64,000 bases of DNA from an uncultured Desulfobacteraceae bacterium (GTDB lineage: Bacteria > Desulfobacterota > Desulfobacteria > Desulfobacterales > CAZHA01): contig CAZHAH010000009.1 of assembly GCA_964530095.1 (NCBI GenBank), positions 331 through 64,330 on the forward strand, in the 5' to 3' direction. Positions 35,613 to 44,257 of the stretch are shown piece after piece (within the stretch, counting starts at the first letter, position 1; each line of letters starts with the position of its first letter). The notes under the pieces were generated by a model. The model did not search any database. It was not told where the DNA came from and saw nothing but the letters and a program-made list of their open reading frames with translations. Position numbers and translations under genes: made by a program.

Positions 35613-35969
35613 TTGACAACAGACAACAACATCTATGACATTGTTATAGTGGGTGGTGGGATTATGGGAAGTTCCACCGCCTATCATCTCCTTCATGACG
35701 ATGGGCGCCTGGAAATCGCCGTCATCGAGCCGGACCCGACCTACGAGCGGGCTTCCTCAACGCTCTCATTGGCAAACGTTCGCATTCAATACAGTTTGAA
35801 GCAGAACGTGCAGATATCACAACATACCTTTGAGGTTTTGGGAAAATTCAATGCGGAGATGGAAGTCGCTGGACAAAGACCCAACATCAATTTTCGATCA
35901 GAAGGAAATCTCTTTTTGACCGATGCCGGCACCCGTGAGGTGTTTGACTTTCAGGAGGCCAATGCATGA
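35613..35969 (+). pseudogene. N-terminal fragment of an FAD-dependent (DAO-type) oxidoreductase
   Basis: The dinucleotide fold reads YDIVIVGGGIMGSSTAYHL. It has only 118 aa where the family has about 380-400. Its stop overlaps the Fic start (ATGA). Confidence 0.55.
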
Positions 35970-37066
35970 GCTTTGATCCGGAAAAGCCCTATAACGATCT
36001 TCCCCTGTTGCCACCAAAGGCAGAGATCGAAACCAAAGCAGTATTAAAAAAGCTGGTGGCCGCCGGCCAATTCCTTGCGGAGTTGAAAGGGTATGTTGAA
36101 CTCCTGCCTAACAAAGCCATTATTCTTAATTCTATCATACTGCAGGAAGCAAAAGACAGCTCGGAAATAGAAAATATCGTGACAACCCATGATCAACTGT
36201 TCCGGGCAATAGCGGCCAGTAAAAAAATCGTGGAACCGGCGGTAAAAGAAGTCCTGAATTATCGCAGCGCCCTTTACAAAGGCTTTTATCTGGTAAAGGA
36301 ACGCAATCTGTTAACCACCAATACGATTGTCGACGTCCAGGAAGAGCTGGAACAAAACAGAGCGGGTATCAGGAAGCTTCCCGGGACAAAGTTGGTTAAC
36401 GACAAGACCGGTGAGGTGATGTATACCCCGCCGGAAAATGAAAAAACAATCCGGAACTTGCTTGCAAATCTTGAGGCATATATCAATACAGACCCGGAAA
36501 CCCTCCATCCATTGATCAAGCTGGCCATTATTCATTATCAGTTTGAATCCATTCATCCTTTTTATGACGGAAACGGAAGAACCGGACGGATCATCAATGT
36601 GCTCTATCTAGTGATGAAAGGGTTACTTTCCGAACCGCTTTTGTATTTAAGCCGGTATATCATTCAGCATAAATCCGATTATTACGGGTTACTGAGAAAG
36701 GTAACCGTCGAGAATGCCTGGGAAGGGTGGATATGCTTTATGCTTACGGCAGTAGAGAAAACAGCCGGCTATACCCTGGCTTTAAGCAAAGGGATCGTCG
36801 CGCTCATGGAAAACGTCCGCAAATCCCTGCAGAACGAACGGCCCAAAATATATTCCCATGAACTTGTGGAAACACTTTTTACCAACGTATATACGAGAAT
36901 AGACCATTTGGTGGAAAAGAATATCGCCTCCCGTAATGTGGCTGGAAGATACCTTAAGGAACTGGAGTCAATTGGTATCTTGAAAAGAGAAAAGGTCGGG
37001 CGGGATGTTTTTTATATAAATTTCGGACTGTATGATTTGTTTAAAAGCTTTCCAAATATACACTGA
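35966..37066 (+). CDS. Fic-family AMPylase-type protein, class II (internal inhibitory helix)
   Basis: 366 aa. The Fic motif is HPFYDGNGRTGRI. The N-terminal SSEIEN fits [ST]xxxE[GN]. There is a C-terminal wHTH (RYLKELESIGILKREKVGRDVFY). Confidence 0.85.
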   Translation: MSFDPEKPYNDLPLLPPKAEIETKAVLKKLVAAGQFLAELKGYVELLPNKAIILNSIILQEAKDSSEIENIVTTHDQLFRAIAASKKIVEPAVKEVLNYRSALYKGFYLVKERNLLTTNTIVDVQEELEQNRAGIRKLPGTKLVNDKTGEVMYTPPENEKTIRNLLANLEAYINTDPETLHPLIKLAIIHYQFESIHPFYDGNGRTGRIINVLYLVMKGLLSEPLLYLSRYIIQHKSDYYGLLRKVTVENAWEGWICFMLTAVEKTAGYTLALSKGIVALMENVRKSLQNERPKIYSHELVETLFTNVYTRIDHLVEKNIASRNVAGRYLKELESIGILKREKVGRDVFYINFGLYDLFKSFPNIH

Positions 37067-37228
37067 TTTCAATGGATTTAGTGCATATTTGGAGGATGTG
37101 CACCGGTGCAGTGCATGTTTTAAAACCGGCCTAATCAATGTACGCATAAAATGATAATTTCCGACCGGCATAAAAATCCCCAATGAACAGGCCATTAAAC
37201 GGAAAATACCGGGAAGGAAACAACGGCT

Positions 37229-37332
37229 AATTATCTGGAAAATATTGAGAAAAAAGGCGTTCTCAGCGCCACGAGGTCGGGGGAAAAAATCTTTATCTGA
37301 ATACGAAACTCTATGAGATTCTTTCAAAATAA
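37229..37332 (+). pseudogene. Frameshifted C-terminal remnant of a second Fic-type wHTH
   Basis: NYLENIEKKGVLSATRSGEKIFI is followed by a stop. The adjacent frame reads KNLYLNTKLYEILSK. Compare RYLKELESIGILKREKVGRDVFYINFGLYDLF in the intact Fic protein. Confidence 0.4.
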
Positions 37333-37355
37333 CGTGTCGATGCCGGCGACATGAA
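37331..37355. repeat. Right, inverted copy of the 27133-27157 motif
   Basis: AACGTGTCGATGCCGGCGACATGAA. Its reverse complement matches the left copy at 21 of 25 positions. Confidence 0.6.
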
Positions 37356-37358
37356 ATA

Positions 37359-37397
37359 AAAACGTGTCGATAATATGGTCATGCATCGACACGTTTT
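37359..37397. terminator. Perfect 13-bp stem hairpin, bidirectional terminator-like
   Basis: Arm AAAACGTGTCGAT (37359-37371), a 13-nt loop, then arm ATCGACACGTTTT (37385-37397). A/T runs lie on both sides. Confidence 0.45.
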
Positions 37398-37556
37398 AAA
37401 AGCCTGTTCGTAAAAGCGACATGTTCCTGACTTGGATAATGTGTCCAAATTTTATTGTTTTATGGGCACGTTATTTAGATGTGGGCATGATTTGGACATG
37501 AAAAAAGGGGGCCGCTGTTTCACTGTCTCAAAAAAACCATAGTATCATTTTTTTGT

Positions 37557-37856
37557 GTGTCACTCGACGGTGCGAATGAGGTCATAACTACCCGCATCGT
37601 TTCCGTCGTACTCGTAAACAAAACCCAGGTCCATCCCAGAGAAGTTTTTGCCGACCCCATTACTGACCGGGCATCGGCCATCATAGTCGTTCACAATCAT
37701 CCTTCGGGGAAATTGGTACCAAGCAAAGAAGATATTGAGATGACCTCGCAATTGAAAGCCGGGGGAGAAACACTGGGGATCAGACTGCTGGATCACATTA
37801 TATTTAATCGAAAAGATTATTACAGTTTCCTGGAAAACGGGGACATACAAACGTGA
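37557..37856 (+). CDS. radC: RadC-like JAB/MPN domain protein, N-terminally truncated
   Basis: VVHNHPSGKLVPSKEDIEMT and LLDHIIF. It has only 99 aa and a GTG start. The frame is open upstream only back to a TGA at about 37487, with no ATG. Confidence 0.6.
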   Translation: MSLDGANEVITTRIVSVVLVNKTQVHPREVFADPITDRASAIIVVHNHPSGKLVPSKEDIEMTSQLKAGGETLGIRLLDHIIFNRKDYYSFLENGDIQT

Positions 37857-37861
37857 AGGAA
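37795..37861 (+). repeat. 67-bp direct repeat, copy B (3' end of radC plus 5 nt)
   Basis: Pairs with 35539-35605. Confidence 0.85.
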
Positions 37862-37920
37862 AATGAAAACCAGAAGAAGATACAGCGGAAGATAATTACG
37901 CTTTGCTAATGGACGACATC

Positions 37921-37949
37921 TTTGTCCTGGCCACGTCGGCCAGGACAAA
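37921..37949. other. 12-bp perfect stem-loop at the right island edge
   Basis: TTTGTCCTGGCC, loop acgtc, then GGCCAGGACAAA. No U-tract follows on either strand. Confidence 0.5.
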
Positions 37950-38024
37950 AAACTTGTCTGTGTAAGTCTGTGTGTGTCTATGGTTATTTTCTAAAAGCTT
38001 TTCAAGAAAGCCTATCCGATCACT

Positions 38025-39773
38025 CTATCTCCTTACCGCCGGTGCGAGTTGCCCGGTAACCCCTCGAATGCCGGGGGTTGCGGTTTTGGGATGAGCTGAA
38101 GCCGAATGCGCCAAGGCAAGGGCGGCGGCGTTTTTCTCATAAAATGAGGCCGGTTCATAAGTCCATCCCCTTGCCAGGCGTTTTTCTTCTCTTTTGAGCA
38201 TGATGTATAGGTATTGCCCAGACAGGGCGGCGATGATGCGCGTTGTCCAGCCAAACTCTTTATAGAACTTTTTAAGGAGCGTATCCATTTTGGGGGCAAT
38301 GCCCGCATTGCCCCGATACCATTTACGCATGGCCCAAACCGCCCCGGCATAAGTTGTCCTAAGCGTCCTGGCCTCTCTATTAAAGCGGTTTCGAATGCGC
38401 TTATCGGGATGGTTTTTATATCTTTGCCACCCCTTTAGGGTTGTCCCAATAAGCCGTGCCAGGCTGGGTCCGTTGATCTCAAAATCCCGGCGAAAGGCAT
38501 TGAGCAGAAAATGCTCTTCGCGACCGTTGTGAATGTGTTTGTGCCGATAATTGAAGCGGTATTGTCCATGGCTGTCGGCGATCGGAGATTCCGATTCGGA
38601 AAGCAGCGTCTCCTCCCTTTGGTGATGCGCATATAAAGGTGTGCCCGGAACCGGGGTATAGAGCATAAATTGATGAAAATCCGTCTCATGGCCGATGGCA
38701 TAGTCGATGATCTGATCGATATTTTCAGGGGTATGGTTTTCGAGGCCGATGATCGAAGATCCCAAGACGCGAATGCCGTGTGATTGAAGCGTTTTGACAA
38801 GCAGGCGGGTGTCAATTTTGCGAAGCTTTGAATATTGGCTGTTTTCGCCTTCCAGTCCCATCCAGACCCAGGCGATTCCCAGACCCACCAATTGCTCAAG
38901 GGTATACGATTGCAGAACGCGGGCGGAGCTGAAAACATACAAATCCCAGCTTTTTTGGTGTTGTGCCATCAGTTCCAGGAGTCGTAATGCTCTTTGGCGA
39001 TGGATTAGGAAATTCTCATCCAACACGAAAAAGGATCGAACCTTGAGTTCGGTTTCAATCTTGCGCATTACAGCGAACAGCTCGTCCCCTGTTTTGTAGA
39101 AATTGATAAATTTCCCTTTGCCTCCGAACATGGCGGAGGTGGAACAGAAATTGCAACCCAAAGGGCAGCCCACAGAGGGGATCAGGATGGCGGCCGTTGA
39201 ACCGGTCGTCTCCGGAACGCTAATCCCCAGAATCCGGGTGCCGAACCCGGAATAGACCAACGGATGTCTTACGGGTGCCTTTGTGTCCTGTCCCAATAAT
39301 TTCCGGAACCACTTGATACCATCGCCTTTGACGATATGGTCCGCGTCGATGATTTGAGGCAGATCTTCCTTGTTGGCGATGTGTCCGCCAACTGCGATGA
39401 TAGCGTGGGGCAGGTATTTTCTGACAAGGGCACACATTTTGCGAACCTTGCCAATATTGGTGACAATCGAGCTGATCCCCACAATATCATAGGAATTATG
39501 CTGGATTTCGTCGCTAAAACGATCCAGGGAAGGAAAATCCAAAAGCGTGCAGGGCGCCTCGATATTGGCCTGAAGCAGCATCAATCCAAAGGATCGATGA
39601 AACATGCGCAGGGAAAATCCCCCCTGGACTCTTGTAACCTGGTTTTGATAAAGCTCCATGGGGTTGGCGGCCCGGCTTCCATATTCGTCGTCTTGCGCAT
39701 AAGGACCAAAGGTGCTGGATAATAAAATTTTGGCCTCGGCTCCAAGGTTGCTGACCGGTGGCTTTTGCGTCAT
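38025..39773 (-). CDS. B12-binding domain radical SAM protein
   Basis: 582 aa. It has an N-terminal B12-type Rossmann fold (DIVGISSIVTNIGKV...AIIAVGGHIA) and a radical SAM CxxxCxxC in VGCPLGCNFCS. Confidence 0.85.
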   Translation of the reverse strand: MTQKPPVSNLGAEAKILLSSTFGPYAQDDEYGSRAANPMELYQNQVTRVQGGFSLRMFHRSFGLMLLQANIEAPCTLLDFPSLDRFSDEIQHNSYDIVGISSIVTNIGKVRKMCALVRKYLPHAIIAVGGHIANKEDLPQIIDADHIVKGDGIKWFRKLLGQDTKAPVRHPLVYSGFGTRILGISVPETTGSTAAILIPSVGCPLGCNFCSTSAMFGGKGKFINFYKTGDELFAVMRKIETELKVRSFFVLDENFLIHRQRALRLLELMAQHQKSWDLYVFSSARVLQSYTLEQLVGLGIAWVWMGLEGENSQYSKLRKIDTRLLVKTLQSHGIRVLGSSIIGLENHTPENIDQIIDYAIGHETDFHQFMLYTPVPGTPLYAHHQREETLLSESESPIADSHGQYRFNYRHKHIHNGREEHFLLNAFRRDFEINGPSLARLIGTTLKGWQRYKNHPDKRIRNRFNREARTLRTTYAGAVWAMRKWYRGNAGIAPKMDTLLKKFYKEFGWTTRIIAALSGQYLYIMLKREEKRLARGWTYEPASFYEKNAAALALAHSASAHPKTATPGIRGVTGQLAPAVRR

Positions 39774-39910
39774 AAATATCTCTCCATGTGTTGATAGATT
39801 TTCACGGTTGAATTAGTGGCGCAAAGCTAATAGAATCAATTCAAGATTGAAAGACCGATGTGTCCGCTTTACAAAAGTTTTACAAATGACAAATAAGGGG
39901 GTATTTGGCG

Positions 39911-40879
39911 ATGAGCCGGTTTAAGTGGATCATTCATCCGATCCTTATCTTTATCTTCTCCATTGTGGCCGTGGCCATGTCGCTGGTTCTGTATATCTAC
40001 TGGTATGTTGAAGTCAGCACAGGGCTAGAGGCGGTCATTCAAAAGGCCAACATCGATCCGGAACAGATCTTGGCGTCTCAGACATGGGTGGTTATTCTGG
40101 TCCTCTCGATTCTGGTGGGGATCATTCTGGTGGGGATTTTCATTATTTTTGTTTATAACCAAAAAACACTTCAGCTCTACCGGCTGCAGCGCAACTTTAT
40201 CAACAATTTTACGCACGAACTGAAAACTCCTGTTACTTCCTTGAAGTTATATCTGGAAACATTTCAAAAACACATCCTTTCCCGCACAGATCAGCATAAA
40301 TATATCGGCTACATGATTCAGGATGCCGATCGGTTGACGAACAACATCAACCGCATCCTGAACCTTGCCAAAATCGAAAGCAAAACCTATGCTGGGGAGT
40401 TTGTTATCGAGAATCTGGTCGACTTCCTGGAGCAGTTTCATAAACAGAACAAACACCTTTTTAAAGGGTGTCAGATTAAGATTCATAACCCTTCGGGCCG
40501 GTCCTTTAACTATGGGATCGATATTTCCTTGTTTGAAATTTTGTTGATGAACCTGATCACCAACGCCATCAAGTATAACGAGTCCAGTGTGCCTAGCATG
40601 GATATTACCTTTGCGCCCAAAGGCCGGGGGTTGCACATCCGTTTTGAGGATAACGGGATCGGGTTGCCAAAGTCGGAAATCAAAAAGATTTTTCGGAAAT
40701 TTTATCAAATCGGCCGATCGGACAATATGTCCGCCAAAGGAAGCGGTCTGGGTTTATACCTGGTGGACAGTATCGCCCGGCTGCATAAGGGCCGAATCAC
40801 AGCCAAAAGCAAAGGCCGCGGAAATGGGGCTGCCTTTTCCTTAATTCTCCCCTCAAACCTTTTGGCACCGGCCCAATGA
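39911..40879 (+). CDS. Sensor histidine kinase
   Basis: Two TM helices, H-box FTHELKTPVTSL, N-box LITNAIKYN, G-boxes FEDNGIGL and GSGLGLYLV. ATG 39911 follows AAGGGGG. Confidence 0.85.
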   Translation: MSRFKWIIHPILIFIFSIVAVAMSLVLYIYWYVEVSTGLEAVIQKANIDPEQILASQTWVVILVLSILVGIILVGIFIIFVYNQKTLQLYRLQRNFINNFTHELKTPVTSLKLYLETFQKHILSRTDQHKYIGYMIQDADRLTNNINRILNLAKIESKTYAGEFVIENLVDFLEQFHKQNKHLFKGCQIKIHNPSGRSFNYGIDISLFEILLMNLITNAIKYNESSVPSMDITFAPKGRGLHIRFEDNGIGLPKSEIKKIFRKFYQIGRSDNMSAKGSGLGLYLVDSIARLHKGRITAKSKGRGNGAAFSLILPSNLLAPAQ

Positions 40880-41625
40880 GAGCACGCATGGCCAACTTCG
40901 AAGAAAAACGTATTCTGGTCATCGAAGATGAAGAACACATCGCCGAAGGCCTGAAGTTGAACCTTACGCTAAAAGGCTATAAAGTGCGTATCGCGCTCAC
41001 CGGGGTTGCAGGCCTTCAAAAATGGAAGGAATGGCAGCCGGATCTGGTCGTTTTGGATATCATGCTCCCCGGCATTGATGGCCTATCCGTGCTTCGCCAT
41101 ATTCGTCTTGAGGATGAGCGCATTCCGGTTTTGATTCTTTCGGCCAAGGGGGATTCCGAGGACAAGGTAAAGGGCTTTTCTTACGGGGTGGACGACTATC
41201 TCTCAAAACCGTTCAATTTGGAAGAGTTCCTGCTCCGAGTGGAGCGGCTTTTGATCCGGGCGCCCCGCCCCGAAGAGGCGGAATGGTTAAACGGGGATAA
41301 ACTTTCATCTTCGATCCAGATCTACCAATTTGGTCACAATCGGATCGATTTTGAATCCTTAACCGCTCAGGGCCAGTCCGGAAAAATACACCTGACCGAG
41401 CAGGAAGCCAGGCTTTTAAAGCTCTTTATTGCCAATCGGGGCAGGCCTGTTTCCCGCAGCAAGCTTTTGCAAATTGGTTGGGGATATACGCGGGGCACCA
41501 AAACGCGAACGGTGGATAATTTTATTGTGCGGTTCCGCAAATACTTTGAAAGCAATCCTAAAAAGCCGGTCTATTTCAGAAGCCTACGTTCGGTGGGGTA
41601 TGTCTTCGACCATGAAGCGGATTAG
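40876..41625 (+). CDS. OmpR-family response regulator
   Basis: The receiver domain reads ILVIEDEEHIAEGL...DLVVLDIMLPGIDG, followed by a winged-helix output domain. There is an ATGA overlap with the kinase gene. Confidence 0.85.
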   Translation: MRARMANFEEKRILVIEDEEHIAEGLKLNLTLKGYKVRIALTGVAGLQKWKEWQPDLVVLDIMLPGIDGLSVLRHIRLEDERIPVLILSAKGDSEDKVKGFSYGVDDYLSKPFNLEEFLLRVERLLIRAPRPEEAEWLNGDKLSSSIQIYQFGHNRIDFESLTAQGQSGKIHLTEQEARLLKLFIANRGRPVSRSKLLQIGWGYTRGTKTRTVDNFIVRFRKYFESNPKKPVYFRSLRSVGYVFDHEAD

Positions 41626-41690
41626 AATCTATTTCAGATTCCCTACTACCGGTGCGCTGATCTCCACTATCGGAAACTGATCTATAATGC

Positions 41691-42659
41691 CTACCAGATG
41701 TATTTTTTAATGCTGGAGATGCCTTTGGGCGCGTAGATCATAACACCGATCAGCAGGGCACCGTACATGACGAGTCGCCAGGCACCCAGTCCGCGGAAGT
41801 ATTCCTGGAACCCGATGAGTAGAAAACCGGCCAGAATTGACCCCCACAAAGTACCCCTGCCGCCGACATAGGCCACGGTCAGAACCTCAACGGTTCTGGG
41901 GACCCCGAATTCGGTGGAATCGGGGGTGAGAATGCCGATGTAATGGGCATAAAATGCGCCGATGAGACCTGTGAAGAAACAGGCCGTGGTGAAATTGATC
42001 AGTTTGTATTTTGTGGCGCTGAGTCCCAGTGTCTCCGTGGCCAGCTGATCCTCGCGGATTGCTTTGAAGGAGAGTCCAACCCTGGAGTTGACCATCATCG
42101 CGGCCAGAGCATAGATGACGATGACCATAATCAAAATGAGATAATAATAGGGGAGCAACTCAGCCCGGGAGTAGTCCAAATTAAATATGTCCGGAAGCGG
42201 TTTGACAGACAGACCGAGCATGCCGCGAGTATAGCCGGGTGTGTTTGAGATGGTCAGCCGCAGCACTTCAGCCATAAACCATGTGGCCAGTCCCACAAAA
42301 ATTCCTCGAAGTCTAAGCGTGACCACGCCCGTCAGAAATCCCAGAATACCGGAGATAGTCGCCCCGATGAGCAGGCAAAACCAGGGATTGATTTCATAGT
42401 GATGCGCCGCCAGGGCAGATCCATAGGCCCCGGCACAAATAAATCCGGCAAATCCGAAATTGATAAGGCCGCCGTAGCCGATCTGAAGATCATACATGAC
42501 CCCCCAGGCGCCAAACATCAGGGCGGAAATAAAGATGGTCGTTATAAACCGGTTTTCCCTGCAAATAAATGGGGTTGCGATCAGAAAGGCCAGAACCAGA
42601 GCCACCTTGATGTAGCGGGAAAAATTCATTCCGCTTTGTGGACTCGCCAAAATGCTCAC
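41691..42659 (-). CDS. livM: Branched-chain amino acid ABC transporter permease
   Basis: 322-aa polytopic LivM-type protein. Confidence 0.8.
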   Translation of the reverse strand: MSILASPQSGMNFSRYIKVALVLAFLIATPFICRENRFITTIFISALMFGAWGVMYDLQIGYGGLINFGFAGFICAGAYGSALAAHHYEINPWFCLLIGATISGILGFLTGVVTLRLRGIFVGLATWFMAEVLRLTISNTPGYTRGMLGLSVKPLPDIFNLDYSRAELLPYYYLILIMVIVIYALAAMMVNSRVGLSFKAIREDQLATETLGLSATKYKLINFTTACFFTGLIGAFYAHYIGILTPDSTEFGVPRTVEVLTVAYVGGRGTLWGSILAGFLLIGFQEYFRGLGAWRLVMYGALLIGVMIYAPKGISSIKKYIW

Positions 42660-43543
42660 GGTCGCTCTCCTGCCGTGGCAAAGAGTCCGGCCGGCTTAAA
42701 GACGAGGACGGCGATGACAATAGAAAAGACAATTACATTCTGCCAGCCTCCGGCCAGAAAAAACATGGCATAGGCTTCCAGAAGCCCCACAAAAATACCT
42801 GCCGCGATGGCCCCTTTGATATTTCCGAGGCCACCCAAAATGACCACCACAAAGCTTTTCAGAACCGGTCCCATTCCGGCATTGGGATTGGCAGGGAATA
42901 GCGTAATCAAAAGCGCCCCGGCGATTCCGGCCAGGGCCGCTCCAATGCCAAAGGCAACCGAATACATGCGGCTGATATCGATCCCCAGCGTCTGGGCCGC
43001 CTCGGAATGTTGAGAGGTCGCACGGATGGCCTTACCCAGAGCGGTATTCTTAATGAAGTACCACAGGATGCCGACCGTAAGTAGGGCCAAGCCCAAGATT
43101 ACCATGTGGTCATGGATAAAGACCACCTCTCTAAGAATTGTCTGGCCTGAAACAAGATTGGGGATTCCCCGCTGAACCGCTCCAAAGATGATAAGCGCCA
43201 GGTTTTGAAAGATCACCATGAGGCCGATGGTCAACACAAAGGAATCCATAAGCCATTCCCGACCTGCTTTTTTGCGAAGGGTGGAGATGAGGCCCTTTTC
43301 CAGAATGACCCCCACGATCAACAACCCGGCCCCTGATGCCAAGATGCCCAGGGGAAACGGGAGTCCCAACATTGCGGTTACAAAGTACATGATGTAACAG
43401 CCGATCATAAAGAGTTCACCGTGGGCAAAATTGACAATCTCCATAATACCGAAGATAAGAGAGAGTCCCACTCCCATCAGGGCGTACATCGATCCCCGCA
43501 CCAGACCGAGAACTGCAAGTTGAACAAAGATACTGAATTCCAT
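42656..43543 (-). CDS. livH: Branched-chain amino acid ABC transporter permease
   Basis: LivH-type. The start is set to ATG 43543 (MEFSIFVQLAVLGLVRGSMYAL). Confidence 0.8.
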   Translation of the reverse strand: MEFSIFVQLAVLGLVRGSMYALMGVGLSLIFGIMEIVNFAHGELFMIGCYIMYFVTAMLGLPFPLGILASGAGLLIVGVILEKGLISTLRKKAGREWLMDSFVLTIGLMVIFQNLALIIFGAVQRGIPNLVSGQTILREVVFIHDHMVILGLALLTVGILWYFIKNTALGKAIRATSQHSEAAQTLGIDISRMYSVAFGIGAALAGIAGALLITLFPANPNAGMGPVLKSFVVVILGGLGNIKGAIAAGIFVGLLEAYAMFFLAGGWQNVIVFSIVIAVLVFKPAGLFATAGERP

Positions 43544-43544
43544 A

Positions 43545-44255
43545 TTAAATCCATTCTTTGATGATGTCTTCGATGGTGTCGACAAACTCTTCCTTAGGGC
43601 CATGGTGGCTATTTTGACCGAGACGAAGCACATAGATATAGTCGGCCACCTCCACGCATTTATGGACCTTTTGATCCACGATCAAGATGGTGAACCCCTC
43701 TTCCTTTAAGTTGACAATCGCATCATAAACCGTATCCACCAGCTTGGGCATCAAGCCCACAGAGGGTTCATCGATCAGGATGGTTCGCGGTTTGGTCATG
43801 GTCAGCCGGGCGATCTCAAGGGTACGCTGTTCACCGCCGGAAAGAGAGCCGGCCATCATCTTGCGTTTATTTTTTAAGATGGGGTAGTGCGTATAAACTT
43901 CCTCAAGCGCCAGATTGAGCGCCTTGCGATCATGTTTGATAATCCAGCCACCCAGTTCCAGATTCTCCTCCACCGTCATGGCCGGGAATACGCTATGCCC
44001 TTGAATCAGATGGGCAATTCCCTCCCCCAACATTTGTTCGGGTTTTAGCCCCTTTATCGATTGTCCGTGGTGATGAACATCGCCTTGGGTGGGGCGAAGG
44101 TAACCGTAAATAGTCTTCAGAAGGGTTGACTTTCCGGCCCCATTGGGACCGATGATGCCTGTCAGGACACCTTCTTTGGCAACAACATTGACGTCACTCA
44201 AAATGGGGACTTCTTTTATGTAGCCCGAAGTAATATTTTTAACTTCCAGCGTCAT
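43545..44255 (-). CDS. livF: ABC transporter ATP-binding protein
   Basis: Walker A GPNGAGKST, signature LSGGEQ, Walker B ILIDEP. Confidence 0.85.
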   Translation of the reverse strand: MTLEVKNITSGYIKEVPILSDVNVVAKEGVLTGIIGPNGAGKSTLLKTIYGYLRPTQGDVHHHGQSIKGLKPEQMLGEGIAHLIQGHSVFPAMTVEENLELGGWIIKHDRKALNLALEEVYTHYPILKNKRKMMAGSLSGGEQRTLEIARLTMTKPRTILIDEPSVGLMPKLVDTVYDAIVNLKEEGFTILIVDQKVHKCVEVADYIYVLRLGQNSHHGPKEEFVDTIEDIIKEWI

Positions 44256-44257
44256 GA

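Noticed and set aside
36968-37327. 119-aa minus-strand ORF downstream of fic
   Set aside because: It overlaps the fic 3' end and the Fic remnant in antisense, has no motif, and is probably spurious.
37921-37949. 12-bp stem-loop considered as an intrinsic terminator
   Set aside because: No U-tract follows the stem on either strand. It is kept only as a structural note.
27100-37950. Search for integrase, transposase, IS ends or tRNA as an island anchor
   Set aside because: No frame shows tyrosine or serine recombinase or DDE motifs (for example R..H..R..Y or a DDE spacing) that I can recognise. I make no such call, and absence by eye is not proof.
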